From Candidatus Micrarchaeia archaeon (GTDB taxonomy: Archaea > Micrarchaeota > Micrarchaeia > Anstonellales > Bilamarchaeaceae), in assembly GCA_046331685.1 (NCBI GenBank), contig JAXLQI010000003.1:102960-166959 (forward strand): a stretch of DNA of 64,000 nucleotides, written 5' to 3'. Shown piece after piece: positions 39,301 through 46,228 of the stretch (positions are counted from its first letter, which is position 1; the number at the start of each line of letters is the position of its first letter). The translations under genes were made by a program, and so were the position numbers. The notes beneath the pieces were generated by a model. The model did not search any database. It saw nothing but the letters and a program-made list of their open reading frames with translations, and was not told the DNA's origin.

Positions 39301-42300
39301 ACCATCCCGCTGGACTTGAGCGTCGCATCCGATCCGCTGATGTCGCCAGCGATCGCGAGGTCTCCGGCTTTCTTGGACAGAATCATCCTCCCGAGGACGA
39401 CGGCCACGAACTCCTTCTCGGTCTGGACGCCGGTCCCTGCCACCGATGGGGTCTTGGTCCCGAAGCCGATAGATATGTCGTATCCTTCCACGGTCGGAAC
39501 AAGGACATTATCAAGCAGCATATCGAAGTTCTGGGCCGCCTTCATCAGCCTCTCCCTCTGGTCCGGGGAGAGCCTCTCCAGCGATTCGAATCTCAGGCCG
39601 TCGACCGTCTCCTTGGCGTCCAGGCCCACCCTCCAGAAGAAGATATGGCCCGCATCTTTCCCCGCCTTCTCTATGTCTTCCTTGTTGCCCTCCTTGGCAT
39701 CTCCGAACATGTAGGATGAAGTGAGCAGCATCTCGGACCTGCTTACCGACATCACTTCCTTGCCGAAGTTGATTTTCCTCGGGACGCGCCTTCCATGCTC
39801 GTCCACAGCTGAATAGACGGATATGTAAGTGCTTTTCTGGGGGCCGGTCTTGAAGTCGCCGGTGGTGTGCTCGTAAACGGTCGCCGTGACCTCTTTGTTG
39901 GTCTTGAGGGCAGTGAGGAATGTCTCGTCGTTGTCCAGGGCGGTCATCGCATCCTCAAGGCAGATCGCGCTCATCTCCCTCGCGGCTGTCGATGTGTCGT
40001 ATTCGAGCTTGAAATACGGGAGCTTCATCCCGGTCCTCTTCTCATACTCCTTCGCGATCTCTGCGAAATCCTCGGCCTTCTCCAGCCTTCCGAACTCAGA
40101 AAGATCGCCTTTGAGCATGAACCGCTTGCCCTTCTCTATGAACGCTTTTGCGAACTCCCTTGCGGCCGTCCTCTCCTTCTCCTTCCCCACCGTTTCACGG
40201 TATTTCTTGTCTGCCGCTTCCAGGACCGGAGGATTCTTCTCTCCTGCGAGGATCGAGTCCACAGCCTTATGGTTGGCGCTTGCGGTTCCCTCCCAATCCT
40301 TCTCGCTCCGCTCGTAGCTGGCGCCGAGCTTGTCGAGCGGGGATTTCAGGGCCTTGTTCCTCTCATCCCTCAACTTCACGGCATCGTCTTTCTCTACGAC
40401 CCCATACGGGGCCTTTTCCAGGAACGCGCCATCCACGCCCGCCTTTTCATCACGGGCCTTCCACTTGTTGAAATCAGATGTGGCGGCTTTGATCCCGTAT
40501 CCCTCGGCCATCTTGGCCTTGAACATGTCAGATTCGAGCGTCCTGAATCCTTTCCTCGCTCCGATCACATCTCCTGCCTCAGCGGCATCGCTGAGGGCCA
40601 TGAGCCTCTTGCCATAGAACGATGTATTGAAGTATGGGAGCCTGCCTTTCTCGACGACGTCCTTGATGGAGCCTTTCTCATACGCTCCGGCCCCGGGCAC
40701 CGGGATGGATTCCAGCATCAGCCTCGAAAGGAGCTTCTCCCTCGCTCCGAGCCCGTCCTTGCCCGGAGGGATCATCGCGAGCTCTTTCTCATATCTGTAC
40801 CTGCTGTTCGGGTCAGGTATCAGTCCGACCAGCACTCCGAGCTCAGGGTTCCCGATCGTCCCACGGTCTCCTCCTGCGAAGAACTTGATCCCGTTGTCGG
40901 CATAGCCCTTCTTTATATCGTACTCGTCCAGGTGCATCTTCGCCCCCTGGAACCTGATATCGAAATTCGTGTGGACCTTCGCCGAATATGTCTCGGCATC
41001 CGCGAACCGCTCGGACCAGTTGAGCGAGATGACGGTGGAATGCTTGGTCTTGTAGCCGTTGAGGTCGAGCCATTTCTCCCCGCGCTCGTCCGTGGTCTTG
41101 ACGCCCTGCGATCCGGTGAGGTCCTCATACAGCTTCTGCAGTTTTGCCGGATCGTCGCCTGCGGCCGCAAGGCGGTCGCCTTTGCCGTGGTATGAGACGA
41201 GGTCGTTGTAGAGCGCTTTCAGCTTCCCCTGGTCTTCGCCCGCTTCTGCGTACCTCTCTGAGAAGACCTCCTTCATGGGCTTCTGCCCTTCCCTGAGGTA
41301 AGTCTCTTTCGGGAAGTTCGCGATCATATCCCTGACCAGGAGCTTTGTAAGGACGCTCTGGACCCTGCCTATGTCCTTCTTGAAGGCCTCCTGCTCGAGC
41401 CATATCGCTCCGTCACGCTGTTTCTTTATCTTCTCCTCACGGGAGACCAGCTCGCTGCCCGCTGCGTTCAAGCCTATGCCCCGCTCGACAAGCTTCTTCT
41501 TCCTCTCGGCGGTCAGCGGCACCGGCTTCGAGTCCGCCCCGATGAGCTTCTCGCCTTTCTCATCGGCATCATGGCCTTCGCCGATCGCGAGGAACGTCTT
41601 CGCGGCAGCGTCGAGCTCGGCCCTCCCGCTCTTCTTGTTTATGGTGTCTATCCTGGTGACGCTCTTGTGGAGCTTGGCGAGAGAATCGGCCGCCGCGTCC
41701 GCGCTCAATCTCTTATCATTTCCGCTCGCTATGAGCGATGTTATTTCTTGGTCTAAGAGTGACTTGTATAAGGCGTTCCGAAGCTCGTCGGCCTCCTTCG
41801 CCTTGCCCTCTTTCCCGAGCGAATCCGCTTTCTTGAGAGCGAGATCGACCTTCTCCTTCATCTCCGGCGGAAGCCCGCTCGAGAGTTCGTCGGTCCTCTT
41901 CCTCACGAACGCCGGCCCGGCGTCATCCGCCGCTTCGTACTCCTCTTCAAGGTCGACCGACATCAGCAACTCGGATGTCCCTTTTTCGCGGAGGGCCGCT
42001 GCCCTGCCGACCGAGCTTGTCATGGACACGAAGTCCGAGCCTTCCGAAGCATATTTCTTCTTCATCGCCTCGCGGTCCTTCTCGGCCCCTAGTATCGCGA
42101 TCCCTTTCGAGTCGCCGGCAGCTTTTTCCTGGAGGAACGAATCCCGGGTCAATTCGTGCCCCAGCTTGACCGCTGATTTAATCCCGGCTGCTTCGACAGC
42201 GTCTTCCAGCTCTGCCTTCGTCGGTTCCCTTCCGAGCTCTTTCTTCAGGCTCGCCTCGGTCTCCGCCCTCTTCTCCTTCCCGAGGGCTTCAGTCACCGAT

Positions 42301-45300
42301 CCTCCTGCGAGTATGGCTTTCGCGAGCGGCGCGTCTATGGCGCCTTCGGGCGGCTTCCAGCCTTTCGGTCCGATATCGAGGATCCTTTTGCCTCCAAGGG
42401 TATTGTTGGCAGAATATTCCCCGAGGTATCTCTCTGCGCGGACCATCCTTTTCGTGCGTTCTGAAGCTCCTTCAGGGCTCAGCTTGCCTTCATCCATGGC
42501 CGCGTCCTTGGCGTACATCGCCGCCATGTCGAATATTATCTTGGCCTCCTTCTTCAGCCCGGAGCCCGCGGTCCTGATCGCAAGGTCGAAATACGCCTGG
42601 GCATTCGTCTTCATCGCCGGATTCGTTATCTTCGCCTCCAGCTCGGTCCTCTCCTTGTAGATGGATAAGACGAGCAGGTCCGGATCGTTGAAGACAGGGA
42701 TGCCTGGCAGCTTGGAGTTGGCCTCTCCCACCCTCGCTATCGCCAGCACCCTTTCCCGGTCTTCTTTCTTCACGCTGAGATATATCTCGGCGATGTTCTG
42801 GAATATCATCCCGTTCTCCAGGTCCCCGGACATGATCCTCCGCGCAGAGCTCCCCAGCATCTCCAGGACCGCTTCCTTCTGGTCCTTGGGCGCGGCAGGA
42901 TTGAGCATCTCGCTATACGACTTGACGAGTTTCTCCATCGCCTTGACGCGTGATAACTCTTCCCTTGCCGCAAGATCAGCGATCGTCAGCTTCTTCTCCT
43001 TGAGGTACTTCTCGACCGCGCCCTTGAACTCCGGGTCCTCTGCCATCTGCTTCTTTATCTTCGCTTCAGAGGCCGCGATATCCTCCTTCGATATGCGGTC
43101 TTCGCCCTTGACAAGGCGGTCCTTCTCCTTCTTCAATTCACCGATCAGCCAGCCGAGCTCAGCTTTCCCGGGAGCCTTCTCGCCCATCGATTTATGGGCC
43201 TTGGTCAGCTTGATCAGGTTCCCTTCCAGTATGAGATAGCCCCGGGCGATGACCTCGGCAAGCTCGGGCTTCTTCGATATCACGGCGATGACCTGCTTGA
43301 TCTCATTCTTCTGCTCTGGAGTGCCTTTGGAGAATCGCAGAGCGAGCACCGCGATTGAGTTCATCGCCCCTTTATCCCAGTCCTTCAGGTATCCTTCCAT
43401 CCCCTTATCGAATATCGCTGCCGTCTCGCTGAGAGCCGGCTCTTTGATGCCGGACAGTATGTCCTTCCTGACCTTCCCGACGAAACCCAGGATCGTCATG
43501 CCCTTCTCTATCGCCTCTTTCGTCGCCTTGCCCGGTGCCTCAAGAGGCTTGAGCGCCGCTTCTATCCCATCTTTGATCTCCTTGGGCAAGGTCTTATCGA
43601 GAAGGATCTTTTTCAGTCCGGAGACTATCTCGGCGGCGAGTTTCAGTTCATCCGCCGCAGGAGCTTTGGCTTCAACCGCTGCGGGTTTGGGGGCAGTGGG
43701 TTTGACGGCCGGTTCTTTTGGTTTTGCGACCGGTCCTGTAGGGACTACAGTGGGGGGAGTAACCGCCGGCCCTTTGGGCACTGCAGCCGGAGCCTTTGGA
43801 GCCTCAGGAGCAGCCTTCTTCTCCTCGGGCGCAGGAGCGAGCTTGAATCCAGGCCCTTTTGAAGGGGGCTGCATCTTCGGCAATGGAGTGTGGTACGGTT
43901 TCCCTTCCTCCAGCTTGTCCGCTTTCTTCTCGCGCTCCTCCTTGCCCTTCCCTGCGTTCCTGAACGACTCGGCGAGCGCCTTTACCCTCGGGTCGTTCCT
44001 GTCCTTTATCCCGAGGGCCCGCATGGCGGCTTCTTCGACGCTGAACCCCCTCCCCACCAGCCACTCCATGTTGCGGAGGTTCATCCCATCTTCGAGATTG
44101 GAAGACATCTTCTCAAGGGCGCCGGCGACCTCCTTGTCCCCGCCTTTCTCCGCGTATTTCTTCCCCAGCTCGTACTGCTTCACGGCGGTATCCATCCCGC
44201 CGCCGCGGAGCACGCAGTCCAGGGCGCGTCCGAAGATCTTCATCGCGCCGTCCTTTATCTCCTTGGCTTTGCCGGCGAGCTTGCCTTCCGAGTCGAATAT
44301 CTTGCCGACAAGCTCCGAGGCGAACGTCATCTTCTCTAGCTCGGCGATCGTGGCTGGCGGTTTGTCCTTGAACATCTTCGCGATCGCTTCGGCTTTCGCT
44401 TTCAGTATGCTGTCTTTGAACCCGGCAGCGGCTTCGGCGGCTTTCTTCTGGTATTCCGCCCCGACAGCCGAGACCGCCTGCGCCACGGTCTTTTTCCTCT
44501 CGGAGAGGTCCTTGCTTATCTCATCGAGCTTTTTCCGCAGCTCCCCTTTGGCCTCGCTGTGCCTGGCGAGGATCGTCTGCTGGAGCTTCGCTGTCTCGAT
44601 GAGGCTCTTGACCGCCTCGGCGCGCTTCTCCTTCGTCGCGCCGGCCTTGCCGAATGAATCTATCAGGCCTTTGACCCGAGGGTCGTTCTTGTCCTTTATG
44701 CCGAGGACCCTCATCGCGGCTTCTTCCGCGCTGAGGCGCTTCGCCGGATCGGTGTTGCTGACATGCCTCTCCATGGCGGCTATGTTGTGCGCCAGGCTCA
44801 GGGCGGCTAGGCCGCGGGCGAAGACCGCGACGCTTTCCCTGGCCTCCTCGCCGGTCTTGTCCTTCAGGATCTTGAGGGCGTTCTTGACGTAGTCTATCTT
44901 CTCTTTCGTCTCCTCCTTATCCTCTTTCCCTGTCTCCTCCTTCTTTTTCTTCTCTTCCTCGAGCTTCTTCTCCAGCGCTTCCAGGTCGTCCTTGAGCTTG
45001 CCTAGCTGCTCCTTCGCGGATTCCTGCATCGCGCTCATCATGAGGGCGCTCACCATCCCCTGGAAGGCGAGCACGGTCGCGGTCTCCGGGCTTCCGCCGC
45101 TTATGGCCGATTCGACAGCGCTGGTCTGCCGGTTAATGCCGTCCATCCGTCCGGCATGGGCCTCCACATGGGCATTTGCCTCGTCGGTGTTGCCGAGGGG
45201 GTGGCTCGACATGGTGAGGACTTCCTTCTCCACCCTGGCTGCCAGAGTCGGATCTGCGCTGAGGGCCTCAGGATGGTCGGCGATGTGCTCGACCGCGTTC

Positions 45301-45812
45301 AGGGTCGCCCTTCCCAGCGAGAGATGCGCCGCCCTCTCGGTCGGGTCGTCTGAGAGCCCCGCGAAGTTCCAGAAATTGTTCCGGAACATGTCTATCGTGC
45401 CCTGGGGGGCTCCTGACGCCTCGAGGATCATCTCGCCCCTGATCGTCCTGCCGAGGCCGATGATGGCCATCCTGAGGTCAGCCCCGTCCCTCTCGGCAGC
45501 CGCCATATCCCCGGACTTGATGTGGCCTTCCCTCCGGAGAGCGATGTCTTCGATCGTGGCGAGCTCCCTGCCATGGGTGGACCGCATGTTCTCGGGGACG
45601 ATGGCCTCCACCCTTGATCTTATCCCTGCGGCATCGGGAAGGCTGGTCCCGAGGCTTCCGGCAGCGCTCGAGAACCGGTCGAGCATGACCCTCGTAGAGG
45701 CGTCGACGGATCCTATGTTGGCTTTCGAGGCAGCGAGACGGTCGGGTGTCAGGTCGAGCCCGCCGAATTGAGGGTGGCTCGATCCGGGCGTATCCATCGT
45801 CTTCTGCGCCAT
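30348..45812 (-). CDS. Giant protein of about 5,150 aa, of unknown function. It is rich in K/E/A low-complexity and probable coiled-coil sequence, with internal repeats, Pro-rich linkers, a central hydrophobic cluster and globular regions with no family I can name.
   Basis: A single uninterrupted 15.6-kb ORF in a GC-rich genome. The track start at 45998 overlaps the upstream gene. The Met at 45810-45812 (MAQKTMD) lies 5 nt after the upstream stop. There is no N-terminal signal peptide. Confidence 0.85.
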   Translation of the reverse strand: MAQKTMDTPGSSHPQFGGLDLTPDRLAASKANIGSVDASTRVMLDRFSSAAGSLGTSLPDAAGIRSRVEAIVPENMRSTHGRELATIEDIALRREGHIKSGDMAAAERDGADLRMAIIGLGRTIRGEMILEASGAPQGTIDMFRNNFWNFAGLSDDPTERAAHLSLGRATLNAVEHIADHPEALSADPTLAARVEKEVLTMSSHPLGNTDEANAHVEAHAGRMDGINRQTSAVESAISGGSPETATVLAFQGMVSALMMSAMQESAKEQLGKLKDDLEALEKKLEEEKKKKEETGKEDKEETKEKIDYVKNALKILKDKTGEEARESVAVFARGLAALSLAHNIAAMERHVSNTDPAKRLSAEEAAMRVLGIKDKNDPRVKGLIDSFGKAGATKEKRAEAVKSLIETAKLQQTILARHSEAKGELRKKLDEISKDLSERKKTVAQAVSAVGAEYQKKAAEAAAGFKDSILKAKAEAIAKMFKDKPPATIAELEKMTFASELVGKIFDSEGKLAGKAKEIKDGAMKIFGRALDCVLRGGGMDTAVKQYELGKKYAEKGGDKEVAGALEKMSSNLEDGMNLRNMEWLVGRGFSVEEAAMRALGIKDRNDPRVKALAESFRNAGKGKEEREKKADKLEEGKPYHTPLPKMQPPSKGPGFKLAPAPEEKKAAPEAPKAPAAVPKGPAVTPPTVVPTGPVAKPKEPAVKPTAPKPAAVEAKAPAADELKLAAEIVSGLKKILLDKTLPKEIKDGIEAALKPLEAPGKATKEAIEKGMTILGFVGKVRKDILSGIKEPALSETAAIFDKGMEGYLKDWDKGAMNSIAVLALRFSKGTPEQKNEIKQVIAVISKKPELAEVIARGYLILEGNLIKLTKAHKSMGEKAPGKAELGWLIGELKKEKDRLVKGEDRISKEDIAASEAKIKKQMAEDPEFKGAVEKYLKEKKLTIADLAAREELSRVKAMEKLVKSYSEMLNPAAPKDQKEAVLEMLGSSARRIMSGDLENGMIFQNIAEIYLSVKKEDRERVLAIARVGEANSKLPGIPVFNDPDLLVLSIYKERTELEAKITNPAMKTNAQAYFDLAIRTAGSGLKKEAKIIFDMAAMYAKDAAMDEGKLSPEGASERTKRMVRAERYLGEYSANNTLGGKRILDIGPKGWKPPEGAIDAPLAKAILAGGSVTEALGKEKRAETEASLKKELGREPTKAELEDAVEAAGIKSAVKLGHELTRDSFLQEKAAGDSKGIAILGAEKDREAMKKKYASEGSDFVSMTSSVGRAAALREKGTSELLMSVDLEEEYEAADDAGPAFVRKRTDELSSGLPPEMKEKVDLALKKADSLGKEGKAKEADELRNALYKSLLDQEITSLIASGNDKRLSADAAADSLAKLHKSVTRIDTINKKSGRAELDAAAKTFLAIGEGHDADEKGEKLIGADSKPVPLTAERKKKLVERGIGLNAAGSELVSREEKIKKQRDGAIWLEQEAFKKDIGRVQSVLTKLLVRDMIANFPKETYLREGQKPMKEVFSERYAEAGEDQGKLKALYNDLVSYHGKGDRLAAAGDDPAKLQKLYEDLTGSQGVKTTDERGEKWLDLNGYKTKHSTVISLNWSERFADAETYSAKVHTNFDIRFQGAKMHLDEYDIKKGYADNGIKFFAGGDRGTIGNPELGVLVGLIPDPNSRYRYEKELAMIPPGKDGLGAREKLLSRLMLESIPVPGAGAYEKGSIKDVVEKGRLPYFNTSFYGKRLMALSDAAEAGDVIGARKGFRTLESDMFKAKMAEGYGIKAATSDFNKWKARDEKAGVDGAFLEKAPYGVVEKDDAVKLRDERNKALKSPLDKLGASYERSEKDWEGTASANHKAVDSILAGEKNPPVLEAADKKYRETVGKEKERTAAREFAKAFIEKGKRFMLKGDLSEFGRLEKAEDFAEIAKEYEKRTGMKLPYFKLEYDTSTAAREMSAICLEDAMTALDNDETFLTALKTNKEVTATVYEHTTGDFKTGPQKSTYISVYSAVDEHGRRVPRKINFGKEVMSVSRSEMLLTSSYMFGDAKEGNKEDIEKAGKDAGHIFFWRVGLDAKETVDGLRFESLERLSPDQRERLMKAAQNFDMLLDNVLVPTVEGYDISIGFGTKTPSVAGTGVQTEKEFVAVVLGRMILSKKAGDLAIAGDISGSDATLKSSGMVSFTDKGEISDSDAKTKGLKSEMGDIGARYAFGKAAGTFAGDMILGAATGGAYFVVTGVKGVAEAYEEAERSGKWSTELYIRAGLSAVGAVVPIGHRIAALKGLTFLAAAEAPAGGLAKAGYYAYKGATWGLEKSMFYGGAGEFLVFQAPKIYDAYKKGEMGWQGLVFTGMSGASTSVLLPWAQARVSKRMALSVHEGGVPKYSSRASQFTQILFGFRSEFMSVEEHAAAKELAGFRKSMGGAGESYAKVMSGKNPIEVRAGISEMSKAAEGLPPESKKLMLDLEAGHLSKMMTAGEMPHLLYSSARNEGKGPAEAFKEATAPSPDFVIRYTEARSKGKSPEAAFSEAKSPAKTFVKGEALSKLKEALAKKKAGGVTKPEAAVAEAPKPEAVEKIAPSETEARTKSLTDAYNEYSKSGKVPPEFSGKAEFFKVIKASELSPADLSYELGMEAARDVKSGGPKIEPVKQTIEAKPVLSTGEKALDEVGKNAIEKLVGEGVSPETAAKAVEGQKAAAKAYAEMAKGNKPPATELDEQFTAAIKEEAAKQGAPLEKAAFELIGEMTKEAISLKLKASKNPVDIAASEFAKGRAESEGREPADEDYLAGALLKKGIGKPENLAKALDALEKKGKYDIGLRLSAIANSEALSKLAPEPSKAPELKAKIEKAALENEDVWELTNKISDALHGAGIELEAGSATTRAIGLLTSDLASMIGKGEITFANQKIPAGSKVKKVRFIFAAQGAFEITVETPGKEKVAFIAKAQDLSAEKLGSTLAEKHAGIAAPEVITGHGGKELSLFDRGRRARFGIMQHMGYHEGDAKAGGKIIHEKTESAMAIEQFSKFVEANPALKKMRAENPELFWKLVMKEYGYTQTGLMSVGFSDGHHGNIWAMTRRVSKEDAAHLEKLGHLVVSDEKGAMVLRFGRIDTDSGAAFLAKESGGKLDFGELHESYGTELRGTMDVLLQMQLTDLGPSGKTYKTLFTESFSSIKEGAKAWHEEIGKSPGFVDGVEKALTSNAGTPIGIGLNAKLTMGQKAALAKRREAFLKGEEAPAEAAAELHDVDEMFRIEGKNFINGKKNVPMDTDGRTILTADAATVFKELYKTNSEDPGGFAAKTWDSIRMEMAATIPGMETAPVAAPVAIEPTLKSGIKPGGVEPGTAKPIEPAPMKEPSPAAKYPEPVPSAKPKTPSEMLFERSNKLTDQASILRAEGKHAEADAVESDIVALRKAAKKLEGRTDPASWTEAEGISSKAVPKPKEPPPAMEKISEYKKNIEGVDSDGIAAARLEIESGSPKLTDLLKVAEGSLRMRGDISMSEAEARLAEWAKTGDPRSSSVEAIRKNGLVKNVFESADPVTRAVIADFLLKAAPGESVSTSIGKAYSHLLAGGTAEGLAEFSGSIFTKPSGKFIIDSIRATDPYLAWKLDHMILENNPMMKLRMAMEWFRGAKELGHLKKIDEAKAALPPGEEFGAIAAYTKKNGQDPALMKEIYGEGGSEGRLNVLDAFGIDISSFRKDRDGIIELKRWVEHTEGQVAGMADGDPKKAELADKVGPHRIRLESETFEYDSKVKVFLDLIVRGGLPARIAAIPGFGGKKISSVEPLSGLRGIFKVKMSDGRSIFVKPEDMLPVKFGEELAASKGLVPPETLHGYAYDTGLMVDGKPLMQDYGISLDIHDLASPKTGHSETTITLPDGSLVKAYEGKKVMASLPSDGKTENVTVLGVAMFRDEVLKKPDADNAAAAMFYKLAQTKEGREKIFKAWNTYHELSRRILLMDRFDRNTTVMLVRRASGEVELTFQPIDMDGIGARIGSKEGKPDFTDFNRDFADATSGMLIDMASALDKAASIKMGNGKDLFQGEVPAAKAMMAELLGEKAGLDLKADKLAPSDLKSPVKPIVEAHEGKPFGLGFDTTSPNAPKVGSLFIHGGRVRTVERVDGRVHLYGDEILALMDAARRDQAEYVEGLKGAVERRIKETAKTPIGTEEDKTPVMAKKVATPAGLPLAAGAEEFTAKPPKKQPEATPALGKKKALAVEPPVPAEEAKTPLAKKPAPPPEEVVEKTAPAKKAPPVPVPESASVEELAKKAPIPTGFEKTEPAAPPKMAPEETPAEALVKAGGWKGRMHNGLPLLSGEEYDQLFAIKSEKGLAKTFDFQGYAETAEGIRYFDRLTTNDPRGIHVGTDGVMSYDMPFGAKSMKEIGEYDIHVKIPAGIQKNEGVVVAYDRVIPIHEYLKTHTGDVSPKEANEDATKTQKEEHFVVIRLPGKVIPGTRDLVRQLHLDIIWYLGKKRPVSGLNDFINERWEELRYGPAEGTVAGKGGAAKTGKLPAPKIAEPAALPPPPGGEGPEPAATGKGFKPKEISETPMVVTEEDLITPVVPPKEKSAGPKEISKTPMAVKESELITEPSAYADELLAAPDTVLPPGMVFAGKSKIMTSMSEKIDAFEFDITVGDKSERVGIPARKSPRVRMLEGIEDLVGGGMTKDRVGKIAGTLEHFVENLKAGFTLAEVTKDYPEYRDAVKKIAEKLDHGGNAVKEETLRQSRVIYYERELEIKRHAIEDAARVKGLAEEFDKLGKAAITGFMVVSSDYFEMLIIKDQHPDWTTIEIATEHLRLSRSGMKPKLPAPKPVEKESPDVAYSRLVESEFKAQSRFKSIDSFRADLESSVPEDLLTIGHSFKDVKKMAELEKALMDFATKHTAKKLSKAQLQLIINKNAGIFGVESVAIDKQIPITEGFGVSPLEHVVERVFLSTDAIVSHYPDKSRVYLWRDGAAFMVVDGTIASRKGHKMPKGALITRTSLGKDFFENDAHNISDMVFKANQYAYSVFKASADPKTATVASMQTDLFGHFMNSLRLQIKSAMHMDPQFKANCEKLLSYLAKSGITDPSKKKVFDGVLVDTGYKTLLPFTKALLEVKYGKRVNVDISYYWVAPGYEYLPHVGVAGDDVDMIETCGDQRSFIKGAKDYYNVETHDPLSVFNSFVYMLLLKERALRKP

Positions 45813-45817
45813 ATGCT

Positions 45818-46153
45818 TCACTCGGGCCGGATGCCCTCCGCTATCCTGACCAGATCCCGGAGCCTTTGGATGCGGGTCTCGAAAGTATCCGTGAACTTTG
45901 GCTTGCTGGCCTCCCACCCCTTCAGGGCGTCCAGGGCTTTCTGGTACCTCTCGAAATTCTTCGCGAGCTCCGGGGGCTTCCCGCCGGATGCTTTCCATGC
46001 CGCGAGCGCCTCCTCGAGCTGGGCGATCATCTTCTTCACCCGTTCGCGGGTCTCGGCTTCGACCTGGCCGATCGTGGATTCGTTTATCTTGGGGTTGAGG
46101 GCTTCGGCGACCAGCGAATTCTCGTATCTCTCCAATTCCTCTGGACTTGCCAT
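45818..46153 (-). CDS. Hypothetical 111-aa helical protein, first gene of the giant-gene operon
   Basis: MASPEELERYENSL... with charged, helical composition. Its stop lies 5 nt before the giant-gene ATG. Confidence 0.5.
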   Translation of the reverse strand: MASPEELERYENSLVAEALNPKINESTIGQVEAETRERVKKMIAQLEEALAAWKASGGKPPELAKNFERYQKALDALKGWEASKPKFTDTFETRIQRLRDLVRIAEGIRPE

Positions 46154-46159
46154 GTTAAA

Positions 46160-46210
46160 CGCCTGCAGGATCCTCTAATAGGATTCTTGCAGTAAGTATA
46201 TATATCCATT
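46160..46210 (-). promoter_or_regulatory. Candidate promoter for the 111-aa/giant-gene operon: a TATA-like box plus an inverted repeat
   Basis: gtatatatatcc at 46197-46208 lies about 45-55 nt upstream of the ATG. An imperfect inverted repeat GCAGGATCCTC..AGGATTCTTGC at 46162-46187 sits between it and the start. Confidence 0.4.
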
Positions 46211-46228
46211 TTCCGGAGCCGCGGAATG

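Noticed and set aside
30420-45771. Many long plus-strand ORFs (for example 36013..37251, 39867..41195, 41371..42660 and 43249..44892) lying antisense to the giant gene
   Set aside because: They are shadow ORFs, as expected on the complement of a GC-rich coding strand. Their translations are Ser/Pro/Ala/Arg-rich low-complexity strings with no motifs. All are contained within the continuous 15.6-kb minus-strand ORF, which has clear protein-like composition.
45813-45998. N-terminal 62 residues of the track ORF 30348..45998 (MESIRREAPG...)
   Set aside because: This segment overlaps the 111-aa upstream gene in another frame. An in-frame ATG with an SD-like element lies 5 nt after that gene's stop. 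The extension is Arg/Pro/Gly-rich and unlike the rest of the protein.
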